Shown in pieces: positions 9,048 through 17,298 of a stretch of 32,000 bases of DNA (positions within the stretch are counted from its first letter, which is position 1; each line of letters begins with the position of its first letter). The notes beneath the pieces were generated by a model. It searched no databases, was not told where the DNA came from, and worked only from the letters and a program-made list of their open reading frames with translations. A program made the translations under genes and the position numbers. Source of the DNA: Mycolicibacterium smegmatis (GTDB taxonomy: Bacteria > Actinomycetota > Actinomycetes > Mycobacteriales > Mycobacteriaceae); NCBI RefSeq assembly GCF_001457595.1, contig NZ_LN831039.1, forward strand, positions 3,420,001 through 3,452,000. The letters run 5' to 3'.

Positions 9048-9911
9048 TCACACCGGGTGCGCCGCGAACCACTCCAGCAGCAGATCGGCAACCTCGTCGG
9101 GCCTTTCCTCCGGGATCCAGTGCGATACTCCGTGCAGCGTCTCGAATCGGTACGGTCCCGCAACGTAGTTCGCGGTCTCGCGTGCGGGCTTCTCGGTGAT
9201 CGCGATGTCGCGGTCGCTCCACACGTACAGCGTCGGCACCGTGATCTTGCGCTTGGCGATCTTGTGCTTTGCGCGGGGATCCGACGTCGACAGGAACATG
9301 GCCCGGTACCAGTTGAGAGCGGCGGTCAGCGCGCCGGGTTCGGCCATGGCGCGTGCGTCACGCTCGGCGATCTCACGCGTCTGTCCGCTTCGCTGCAGCG
9401 TCCTGACCATGCGCGCAGCGCCGCCATCGCGGCCGAGCATGAGCCGTTCGGGAAGGCGGGGAAGCTGGTTGAGGTACATGTACCAGGATGCAAGTCCCTG
9501 CCGACTGGTCGTCATCGCCCGCAGGAAGGCCTGCGGGTGCGGAACCGACAGCGCCGACAACGTGGCCAGCCGCGCCGGCACGTATGACGCGACGCCCCAG
9601 GCCACGGCGGCACCCCAGTCGTGCCCCACAAGGTGGACGCGGTCTGCTCCGCTCGCGTCGATGAGTGCGACCACGTCTTCGACGAGCTCACCCACGCGGT
9701 AGTCGCGCCGACGTGGTGGCCGGGCGCCGGGGGAGTATCCGCGCTGGTTCGGTGCGAGACACCGGAAGCCGTGCGCCGTGAGTCTGCCGACGATGGGCTC
9801 CCAGCTGGAGTTCCGCTGCGGAAACCCGTGCAGCAGTATCACTGTCGCGCCGTCGGAGGGCCCGGCTTCGCTGACCTCGAATTCGAGGTTGCCGCGGCGG
9901 TAGGAGTCCAT
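9048..9911 (-). CDS. Alpha/beta hydrolase (epoxide-hydrolase-like)
   Basis: MDSYRRGNLEFEVSEAGPSDGATVILLHGFPQRNSSW...VHLVGHDWGAAVAWG; GxDxG nucleophile elbow (GHDWG) and C-terminal GVSHWIPEE. Confidence 0.9.
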   Translation of the reverse strand: MDSYRRGNLEFEVSEAGPSDGATVILLHGFPQRNSSWEPIVGRLTAHGFRCLAPNQRGYSPGARPPRRRDYRVGELVEDVVALIDASGADRVHLVGHDWGAAVAWGVASYVPARLATLSALSVPHPQAFLRAMTTSRQGLASWYMYLNQLPRLPERLMLGRDGGAARMVRTLQRSGQTREIAERDARAMAEPGALTAALNWYRAMFLSTSDPRAKHKIAKRKITVPTLYVWSDRDIAITEKPARETANYVAGPYRFETLHGVSHWIPEERPDEVADLLLEWFAAHPV

Positions 9912-10083
9912 GGGTGCCTCCGGTGCGATGTGGCCGTGCGGGTCGACGAGCCGAGCTCTCCCATCTTGCCAAGCCGCCCGGACGACCGCAAAGACCGGCA
10001 CGTATGCGAATGGGGTAGCGCCCTACGCACGCCGAGGTGCTGCGGCGGTCCGACACTGATGGCACACGGAAAGGACGCACCGG

Positions 10084-10731
10084 ATGAAGACCTACACGGT
10101 CGCACACGCGGACACGTTGTTCGGCATCGCGCAGCGGGAGTACGGCGACGGCGGCCTGTTTCCGGTCATCGCACGGCAGAACCACGTCGCCAACCCGGAT
10201 CTCATCGTCACAGGGCAGGAGATCCTCGTTCCCTACGTCACGTATCGCCACCTGTTCACGACCGAGGACTCGACCGCGGCTCGCGCAGAGCTCACACAGC
10301 GCCACTACGCCACCGAGGACCAGGCCGTCCAGCTCATCTGGGAGGTGGTCAACGGCGTGGCGCAACGGCAGATCCAGCGCGGCGCGTGGCTGCTGATGCC
10401 CGACCTCACCGACGTGGGCCGCCACACGGTCGTCGAAGGGGAGAGTTTTCTCAACCTGGCGCACCGGTGGTACGGCGACGAGGCGCTCGCGGTCGTGATC
10501 GCCAACGCCAACCACCTCGATCTGTTCACCGATCCCGAGCCCGGCACGATACTCGTCGTGCCGCGACTCAACCGTCGCCGCGGTGTCGCCGGTGACACGC
10601 TGGAATCGTTGGTGCGGGAGGAGTACGGCGACGACGACGTCGAGACCAGGACCGCGGTGGTCGCCGCCGCCAACTACATCAGCAGGCCGCACGCGCTGTG
10701 CTCCAACCAGATCGTCTATTTCCCGTCCTGA
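10084..10731 (+). CDS. Cytosolic LysM-repeat protein
   Basis: MKTYTVAHADTLFGIAQREYGDGGLFPVIARQNHVANPDLIVTGQEILVP and HTVVEGESFLNLAHRWYGDEALAVVIANANHLDLFTDPEPGTILVVP are LysM modules; two more degenerate copies; no signal peptide. SD AAAGGA upstream. Confidence 0.85.
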   Translation: MKTYTVAHADTLFGIAQREYGDGGLFPVIARQNHVANPDLIVTGQEILVPYVTYRHLFTTEDSTAARAELTQRHYATEDQAVQLIWEVVNGVAQRQIQRGAWLLMPDLTDVGRHTVVEGESFLNLAHRWYGDEALAVVIANANHLDLFTDPEPGTILVVPRLNRRRGVAGDTLESLVREEYGDDDVETRTAVVAAANYISRPHALCSNQIVYFPS

Positions 10732-10751
10732 CGGACCGCGTCGCCCTTGAC

Positions 10752-10776
10752 GTTTGAACGTGCAGCGGGAGGGTAC
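10752..10776 (+). promoter_or_regulatory. SigF-type promoter candidate GTTT-N15-GGGTAC
   Basis: Exact match to mycobacterial SigF-type architecture (GTTT, N15, GGGTAC) about 30 nt upstream of the probable start of the next CDS. Confidence 0.6.
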
Positions 10777-10806
10777 TCCCGGTGCACCAAAAAGGCCGAC
10801 GACGGG

Positions 10807-11892
10807 ATGGATGCGGTGAATTCGGGACGAGCAGCACGGCGTGTCCGGCTCACACATCATGTCGTCGAGCTCGACGACGGTCACCAGGTCGGGGTCTCGG
10901 TCGGTGGTGTCGGTGTGCCGATGGTGTTCCTGCACGGTCTCGGTCTGAACCGGCGTGTCTACATCCGGCTGTTGAGCAGGGTTGCGGGGCTGGGCTTTCG
11001 GATCGTTGCGATCGACGCGCCGGGGCACGGCGACACCGAGGACCTACCGCCGGATGCGGACGGGTTCAGCGAGCGCACCGCCATGGTGCTGCGGACCATG
11101 GACGCACTGGGTATCGAAAAGGCCGTTCTGGCAGGACATTCCATGGGTGGGCGCACCGCCATCCATCTCGCGGCGGTTGCGCCACAGCGGGTGTTGGCCG
11201 CGATCCTGGTGGACGCCGCGGCGGGCTCGTCTTTCGACGCGACGATCAGTACGGTGACGCGCTCGCCGAGACAGATGCTCAACAGTGTCCTCGGTGCGAT
11301 CTATGACATGCACTCCGATCCCCTTCACATGCAGATCGGTGCGCTGAACCGGTATCTGCGCATGGTCGCGGCGGTCACGATGGGAAAGTCGTTCGCATCA
11401 CGCGGATTCACCGGTGCGGCCCGCGCGATCATGCAATCGGGCGCGTGCGCTGCCTTGCTGGCGGCCATGCGCGAGCACAGAATTCCCACGATCGTGCTCC
11501 ATGGTGAGCACGACTCCATCGTGCCGTTCGACAACGCATGTGACGTCGCCGATGTCGTGGACGCCACGCTCTACCGCGTGCGCGGCGCATGTCACTCCTG
11601 GTTGATCGGCAACCCGCGCCGCGGTGCCGATTCGATCCGGCAACTGCTGCACGGTGAACTCGGCGACGTACTTCGCGAGGCCGCCACCACGTTGGGCATC
11701 GATGACTGGCGTGACGCCGAGGATTGGGATCGGACCCTCGTCACCTCTGCGGCGCAGGTCCGCACACTGGCCGGCGCCGGCGTCGTGATCGGCCCGGACA
11801 GTCGGGAGCGTGTGGAGATGGATCTCGTCCGACGCCCCGGCCCGACGCGCGCCGAGGCCGTGCCGGAGACACCCGAGCGCGCCACGGCCTGA
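10807..11892 (+). CDS. Alpha/beta fold hydrolase
   Basis: VELDDGHQVGVSVGGVGVPMVFLHGLGLNRRVYIRLL...AVLAGHSMGGRTAIHLA (GHSMG elbow), IVLHGEHDSIVPFDNA, GACHSWLI. ORF opens at 10747 but ATG 10807 or GTG 10816 is more plausible. Confidence 0.88.
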   Translation: MDAVNSGRAARRVRLTHHVVELDDGHQVGVSVGGVGVPMVFLHGLGLNRRVYIRLLSRVAGLGFRIVAIDAPGHGDTEDLPPDADGFSERTAMVLRTMDALGIEKAVLAGHSMGGRTAIHLAAVAPQRVLAAILVDAAAGSSFDATISTVTRSPRQMLNSVLGAIYDMHSDPLHMQIGALNRYLRMVAAVTMGKSFASRGFTGAARAIMQSGACAALLAAMREHRIPTIVLHGEHDSIVPFDNACDVADVVDATLYRVRGACHSWLIGNPRRGADSIRQLLHGELGDVLREAATTLGIDDWRDAEDWDRTLVTSAAQVRTLAGAGVVIGPDSRERVEMDLVRRPGPTRAEAVPETPERATA

Positions 11893-11977
11893 CCGTCGAA
11901 GGGGACCCCGTCGAGGTGTCCGGCCCCCGCAGGCATGATTCGCGCACCGAGATCGCAGGAGAACGGTATAGCGTCGT

Positions 11978-14752
11978 ATGGTGCAGGTCAGCGGTGTCTC
12001 GCGCGACGACGGTCCGGTCGCCGGGTTGATAGGCCGGCGCGACGAGTGCGCGGTTCTCGATCAGCTCGTCGACGCCGTCGCAGGCGGGGCGAGCCGCGCG
12101 TTGATGATCCGTGGCGAAGCGGGTGTCGGTAAGACCGCCTTGCTCGATTACGCCGCGGCCCGGGCCGCCGAGTTGCAGATCGCGCGGATTGTCGGGATCC
12201 AGTCCGAGATGGAGTTGGCTTTCGCCGGAATCCATCAGCTGTGTCTGCCGCTGCTGCCGCGGCTGGGGCACCTGCCCGTGCCGCAACGCGACGCGCTCGA
12301 GGTCGCCCTCGGCATGGCGACGGGTTCGTCGCCCGACCGGTTCCTGGTGGGTCTGGCCGTGCTGAACCTGTTGGCCGATGCCGCCGCCGACCGCCCGCTG
12401 CTCTGTCTGGTGGACGACGAGCAGTGGCTCGACCGGTCCTCGGCGCAGGTTCTCGCGTTCGTGGCGCGACGGCTCGGATCGGAGTCCGTCGGCATGATCT
12501 TCGCCGCGCGGGAGCCCAGCGATGCGGCGGCCGGCGTGCCTGCGCTCGTGGTCAGGGGCCTGCGGGGCGCCGACGCCCGCGCCCTGCTCGATTCTGCGCT
12601 GTCGGCGCCGCTCGACCCCAGGGTGCGCGACCAGATCCTGGCCGAAACCGATGGCAATCCGCTTGCGTTGCTTGAGCTTCCACGGACCCTGACGCGTGAT
12701 GCGTTGGCCGGCGTGTTCGGGTTGCCGGGCGGTTCCGGGGTCGCCACCGACATCGAGCACGCGTTCGGCGTGCGCATCGGTGAACTGCCGGAACCCACGA
12801 GAGATCTCCTCTTGATCGCGGCAGCCGAGCCGACGGGGGATGCCCCGCTGGTGTGGCGCGCCGCGGCGCGTCTCGGGATCGGTTCGGACGCGGCGGCGCC
12901 TGCGGTCGAGGCCGAACTCGCCTCGTTCGACACGCGGGTGACGTTCCAGCATCCGTTGGTGCGATCGGTCGTGTACCGCGCGGCAGCGCTCGACGATCGG
13001 CGGCGGGCGCACCGCGCGTTGGCGGCGGCCACCGACGCCGAGGTGGACCCGGACCGCCGCGCATGGCATCTGGCGCACGCCGCCGCGGGACCGGACGCCG
13101 CGGCCGCGACCGAATTGGAGAGCTCGGCAGCGCGTGCCCGCTCCCGCGGCGGGGCGTGCGCGGCGGCCGCCTTTCTGGAGCGCGCGACGGCATTGACCGT
13201 CGACCCTGTGCTGCGCAATGACCGTGCGCTGGCCGCGGCGGCTGCCAAGGCCGAGGCAGGCGCATTCGAGTCCGCGCAGGATCTGCTCGCGATGGTCGAG
13301 GCCACGTCTCTGAGCGACCTGCAACAGGCTCAGGTCGATGTGCTGCGCGCTCGGCTGGCCTTCGTCACCAGCCACGGAAGCGATGCGCCGCCACTGCTGC
13401 TCAAAGCAGCCCGCCGACTCGGCGGCATCGACCCGGACCGCGCGCGTGCGGTCTATCTCGATGCGATGTTGGCCGCGATGTTCGCGGGGCGGCTCGCCAC
13501 CGGCGCCAACCTGGTCGAGGTCGCCGCGGCCGCCCGGTCGGCACCGGAAAGATCTGGAGCTGCGGAGGTTTCGGATCTGCTGTTGGATTGGCTGACGGCA
13601 CATTACGGTCGTGGCTACGTGGCCGCGCGGTCTGCGCTGGGTGATGTCTTGAGCGCTTTCGACGGTGAGGCCGACGACCTGCCGCTGAACCGAATGCTGC
13701 TCGCGTCGACGGCCGCCCACTACGCCTGGGACGACGTACGCCTCGATGCGTTCACGGCACATCATGTGGAACGCGCGAGGGCCACCGGCGCACTCAGCGA
13801 GGTGCCCATCGCGCTCAATTCGCGCGCGATAGCGCTGCTGTTCTTCGGAGACCTCGATGGTGCCGCCGGTGCCGTGGATGAGATCCGGGCTGCTGACGAC
13901 GCGACGGGCGCATTGCTCGCACCGTATGCCGAACTGGGTTTGGCGGCCATGCGCGGCGACCTCGCCCGCGCCGAGTCTCTCGTCGACGCCACGGTGGCCG
14001 CGGTGACCGAGCGCGGCGAGGGCAACGGTCTCACTGTCGCATGGTGGGCTGAGGCAGTGCTGCACAACGGGTTCGGATCGGCACGCAAAGCGTTGGAGGC
14101 GGCATCGCGCGCAGCGGCCTTCCCGCCTGAGCTGGCGTCGGCAAACTGGGCGCTCGTCGAGCTCGTGGAGGCCGCCACCCGTTGTGGGGCAGTCGAAACA
14201 GCCGCCGAGGCCGCAGCTGATCTGGCCGAGTTGACGACGTCCAGCGGTACCGATTGGGCTCTGGGACTCGCTGCCAGGGCACGTGCCCTCGTCAGCGGAC
14301 CTGCGGAATCGGAGACGTGGTACCGCGAGTCGATCGAGAGGCTCGAAAACACCAGGGCGCGCGCGGAACTCGCGCGTAGCCGTCTCGTGTACGGGGAGTG
14401 GCTGCGCCGCGAACGCCGTCGCACTGCGGCGCGATCCGAGCTCCGTACCGCCCACGAGATGTTCTCGGCCATGGGTATGTCTGCCTTCGCGGCACGAGCC
14501 CAACGTGAGTTGGCGGCCGCCGGCGATCGTATCCGGGAGACCGTCATCGCCGCGGTGGACCACCGGCTCACCGCACAGGAAGCGCACATCGCCCGGCTGG
14601 CCCGTGACGGGCTGTCCAATCCCGAGATCGGGGCGAGGCTGTTCATCAGCGCCCGCACCGTGCAGTACCACTTGGGCAAGGTGTTCACCAAGCTGGGCAT
14701 TACCTCCCGCAGTCAGCTCGACGGCGTCCTGGGACACGTCACCGACCGCTGA
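11978..14752 (+). CDS. LuxR-family regulator with N-terminal ATPase (LAL/AAA-type)
   Basis: 924 aa; Walker A GEAGVGKTALLDYAA, Walker B PLLCLVDDEQWLD, C-terminal HTH LTAQEAHIARLARDGLSNPEIGARLFISARTVQYHLGKVFTKLGITSRSQL. Confidence 0.93.
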   Translation: MVQVSGVSRDDGPVAGLIGRRDECAVLDQLVDAVAGGASRALMIRGEAGVGKTALLDYAAARAAELQIARIVGIQSEMELAFAGIHQLCLPLLPRLGHLPVPQRDALEVALGMATGSSPDRFLVGLAVLNLLADAAADRPLLCLVDDEQWLDRSSAQVLAFVARRLGSESVGMIFAAREPSDAAAGVPALVVRGLRGADARALLDSALSAPLDPRVRDQILAETDGNPLALLELPRTLTRDALAGVFGLPGGSGVATDIEHAFGVRIGELPEPTRDLLLIAAAEPTGDAPLVWRAAARLGIGSDAAAPAVEAELASFDTRVTFQHPLVRSVVYRAAALDDRRRAHRALAAATDAEVDPDRRAWHLAHAAAGPDAAAATELESSAARARSRGGACAAAAFLERATALTVDPVLRNDRALAAAAAKAEAGAFESAQDLLAMVEATSLSDLQQAQVDVLRARLAFVTSHGSDAPPLLLKAARRLGGIDPDRARAVYLDAMLAAMFAGRLATGANLVEVAAAARSAPERSGAAEVSDLLLDWLTAHYGRGYVAARSALGDVLSAFDGEADDLPLNRMLLASTAAHYAWDDVRLDAFTAHHVERARATGALSEVPIALNSRAIALLFFGDLDGAAGAVDEIRAADDATGALLAPYAELGLAAMRGDLARAESLVDATVAAVTERGEGNGLTVAWWAEAVLHNGFGSARKALEAASRAAAFPPELASANWALVELVEAATRCGAVETAAEAAADLAELTTSSGTDWALGLAARARALVSGPAESETWYRESIERLENTRARAELARSRLVYGEWLRRERRRTAARSELRTAHEMFSAMGMSAFAARAQRELAAAGDRIRETVIAAVDHRLTAQEAHIARLARDGLSNPEIGARLFISARTVQYHLGKVFTKLGITSRSQLDGVLGHVTDR

Positions 14753-14951
14753 CCGCGCATCCTCGGCGTATGTGGCCAACGAACTCCTAGTAGCGCTCCA
14801 CCCTGGATGTGCAGCCGAGGGATCACCATGATGAACGGCGACCGACGTCGTCAGTTCTGCTGATCTGTAAGGGAATCTCTCAACCATGCATACATGAATG
14901 CCCTTATGTCCGGTCCGAGGTGTCGGTCCGTGCAAGGTGACCGATCACTCA

Positions 14952-14980
14952 TTGACAGTCCTACTATTTCCAGGCAATAT
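14952..14980 (+). promoter_or_regulatory. SigA-type promoter candidate TTGACA-N17-CAATAT
   Basis: Perfect -35 hexamer at 14952-14957, 17 nt spacer, CAATAT at 14975-14980 in an unusually AT-rich patch upstream of the XRE gene. Confidence 0.55.
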
Positions 14981-15080
14981 ATTGCATGTCAGTAAACTGG
15001 ATCAGATCCAGTCATCAGGAACAACGCGCGCAGGCGGCGCATGGTTCACATCGCACCCGCGGTGCCCGAAGGAGAACAAC

Positions 15081-16073
15081 GTGACCGGGCGCAGGGCGGT
15101 GCGACATTCCGGCAACGCGCCGGCCGCCGCTCCGGGTGAGTGCACCGCATCTAGACCGACCTCGAAGAGGCGCAACGCGACCTCCGGCTCCCGAGTGAAC
15201 GAGAACCGGCCGGCAGGGGTTTCACAGAGTATGTCCCTGGTATCCGAGGTCGGCGCACTCGCGGAGTTCCTGCGCAGCCATCGACAGCGGTTGACGCCGG
15301 AACAGGTAGGCATCCAGACACAGGGGGCCCGCCGCGTACCCGGGCTGCGTCGCGAAGAGGTCGCCATGCGCGCCGGGATCAGCGTCGAGTACTACATCCG
15401 ACTCGAGCAGGGGCGTGAACGCAGTCCTTCCCTCGCGGTCTGCGAAGCCCTGGCCAGTGCGCTAGTGCTGGGCCGATATGAAACCAGCCACCTGTATGAG
15501 CTGGCCGAACCCAGGAAATCCTGTCCCGACGAGCGCCTTGGGCGCCCGCGCGTGCCCGAGGCGAGCCGGGTGCTGCTCGACACCCTGGAGACACCCGCGC
15601 TCATCCAGAACCGGTATGCCGACGTTGTCGCGACGAACCCTGCGGGCGAGGCGCTTTCGCCGAACATACGCGTCGGGGTGAACCGCATCAGAGCGTTGTT
15701 CACCGACCCTGCCGAAAGAGCGCTCCACCTCGATTGGGACCGTGTGACCGAGAACGCCGTTGCCCAGTTGCGTCTCGCCGTCGGCGGCAGCGTGGGGAGA
15801 AGTCCGGCAAGAGAGTTGATCACCGAGCTTCTGCACACCAGTACCCGCTTCCGGAATCTGTGGTCGCACCACGAGGTCGCGCACGCGCCCGTGAGTCCGG
15901 TACGTCTGCAACACCCCGCTGTCGGTCGGCTCGTGCTGTTCGGACAACAGCTCCTCATCGCCGGAACCGACGACCTCTCCATGGTGGTGTACCACGCGGA
16001 TCCGGCCGCATCGTCGTGGTCGGGTCTTCAGCGTCTTCTCGGCCTGGCGTCGGAGGCCGAACCGAACGCGTGA
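15081..16073 (+). CDS. XRE-family HTH regulator with MmyB-like ligand-binding domain
   Basis: AEFLRSHRQRLTPEQVGIQTQGARRVPGLRREEVAMRAGISVEYYIRLEQGRERSPS...VLLDTLETPALIQNRYADVVATNPAGEAL...LRLAVGG. GTG at 15081 has SD GGAGAA; ATG at 15231 is the alternative start. Confidence 0.9.
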   Translation: MTGRRAVRHSGNAPAAAPGECTASRPTSKRRNATSGSRVNENRPAGVSQSMSLVSEVGALAEFLRSHRQRLTPEQVGIQTQGARRVPGLRREEVAMRAGISVEYYIRLEQGRERSPSLAVCEALASALVLGRYETSHLYELAEPRKSCPDERLGRPRVPEASRVLLDTLETPALIQNRYADVVATNPAGEALSPNIRVGVNRIRALFTDPAERALHLDWDRVTENAVAQLRLAVGGSVGRSPARELITELLHTSTRFRNLWSHHEVAHAPVSPVRLQHPAVGRLVLFGQQLLIAGTDDLSMVVYHADPAASSWSGLQRLLGLASEAEPNA

Positions 16074-16079
16074 CAGAGG

Positions 16080-16095
16080 CCGCGAATCATCGCGG
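16080..16095 (+). terminator. Hairpin CCGCGA-ATCA-TCGCGG just after the XRE stop codon
   Basis: Perfect 6-bp stem, 4-nt loop, starting 7 nt after the stop (16071-16073); no U-tract. Confidence 0.4.
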
Positions 16096-16553
16096 ACGAC
16101 GTGTATCACACGAATATTGCTTCTCTGGTGAATGTTTCATCGCCGGTGTCGGCCGACGACGGTGAAACCGGTGCGCAGACCAGAAAGAAACCGTATCGAA
16201 AATCGACGTCGCGCGGACGGCGAGGCCGCCCGCATAGATCCCGAGCATCGATGGCAAACGTGTTGCGGCTGTTCTCCATACACCCTCAAGCAACCTCCAT
16301 GTGATCTTCATGCGCAGGATGCGCGGCTCATCGAACATTGTTCACGTGGCCGGCGACGAAGTCCGCCGGGAAGAGCGAGCCGGCCACACCGACACCGCAT
16401 CGAGTGATCACTGATCGCCTCCACGGTGCGGGAGAAGACCGATCTGCCCGTCAGACGGGCGGGCAGCAGAACGTCCGTTGGCCTCGACATGACCAGCACG
16501 CACAACGTCGTGGGTGCGCGCCCGACCGAGGCACGAAACCTGATGGAGATGAA

Positions 16554-17123
16554 ATGACCACAACGATGATCCGCGAGGAGTTCCCTGGCAAACGCAGACC
16601 GGACTTCCAGGACGAGGTGAAACCGCTTCTGGGCGACCTTCATCGGCGCGCCTACGCCTACGTACGCGACACCAGCGACGCCGAGGACCTGGTTCAGGAG
16701 ACGCTGCTTCGCGCATACCGCGCGTTCGACCGGTTGGGCGACGACTACCAACTCATGCCGTGGCTCCTGGCCATCATGCGCAACACCTGGATCAGCCGCT
16801 ACCGCGCGGCCCAGCGCAGGCCCGCGGAAGCGCTCGTGGGTGAGTTCCTCGACACCTACGCTGAAACCGCGTCGCGCGGCGCTTCGGGCGAGACATGGTC
16901 GGCCGAGGACGTGGCCATGCGGAACATGTCGGATCCCGCGGTGGTTGCTGCGCTGTCGAAACTGCCGGAATCGCTGCGACTCACCATGTATTACACGGCG
17001 ATCGTGGGGATGTCGTGTCGCGAGGTGTCCACGCTGATGGACATCCCGAAGGGGACCGTCATGTCAAGGCTGCACCGGGGCAGGCACCAGATGCGCCGGG
17101 CGCTGTCTCATCACCGGTCCTGA
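16554..17123 (+). CDS. ECF-type RNA polymerase sigma factor
   Basis: Region 2 DAEDLVQETLLRAYRAFDRLGDDYQLMPWLLAIMRNTWISRYR and region 4 LPESLRLTMYYTAIVGMSCREVSTLMDIPKGTVMSRLHRGRHQMRRAL. ORF opens at 16338; ATG 16554 is the likely start. Confidence 0.88.
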   Translation: MTTTMIREEFPGKRRPDFQDEVKPLLGDLHRRAYAYVRDTSDAEDLVQETLLRAYRAFDRLGDDYQLMPWLLAIMRNTWISRYRAAQRRPAEALVGEFLDTYAETASRGASGETWSAEDVAMRNMSDPAVVAALSKLPESLRLTMYYTAIVGMSCREVSTLMDIPKGTVMSRLHRGRHQMRRALSHHRS

Positions 17124-17214
17124 CGTTGCCCGGCAGATACGCGGAGGGTGGGTTTGCCACTACTAGGAACAACTCAACCTGGTCCGTGGAACGTCTGTCG
17201 CACAGAATCACTCT

Positions 17215-17232
17215 GGGGCCGTCGGCGGCCCC
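17215..17232 (+). other. Strong stem-loop GGGGCCG-TCGG-CGGCCCC inside an intergenic inverted repeat
   Basis: 7-bp perfect GC stem with 4-nt loop; enclosed by an 11-bp perfect inverted repeat (17149-17159 / 17256-17266). Confidence 0.5.
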
Positions 17233-17298
17233 TGGTGGTAGGCGGTGCCGTCTTCTGGCAAACCCATCCGCCAAGGGCGAAGCAGTCTGAAAGCGAGA

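Noticed and set aside
10016-10022. GGGGTAG upstream of the LysM gene as a SigF -10
   Set aside because: No GTTT/GGTTT element at the required 15-17 nt spacing upstream.
11741-14935. 1064-aa minus-strand ORF
   Set aside because: Entirely antisense to the well-supported LuxR/ATPase gene; no recognisable domain.
16132-16407. 91-aa ORF in the XRE-sigma spacer
   Set aside because: Composition is Arg-rich without domain-like features; no convincing start context.
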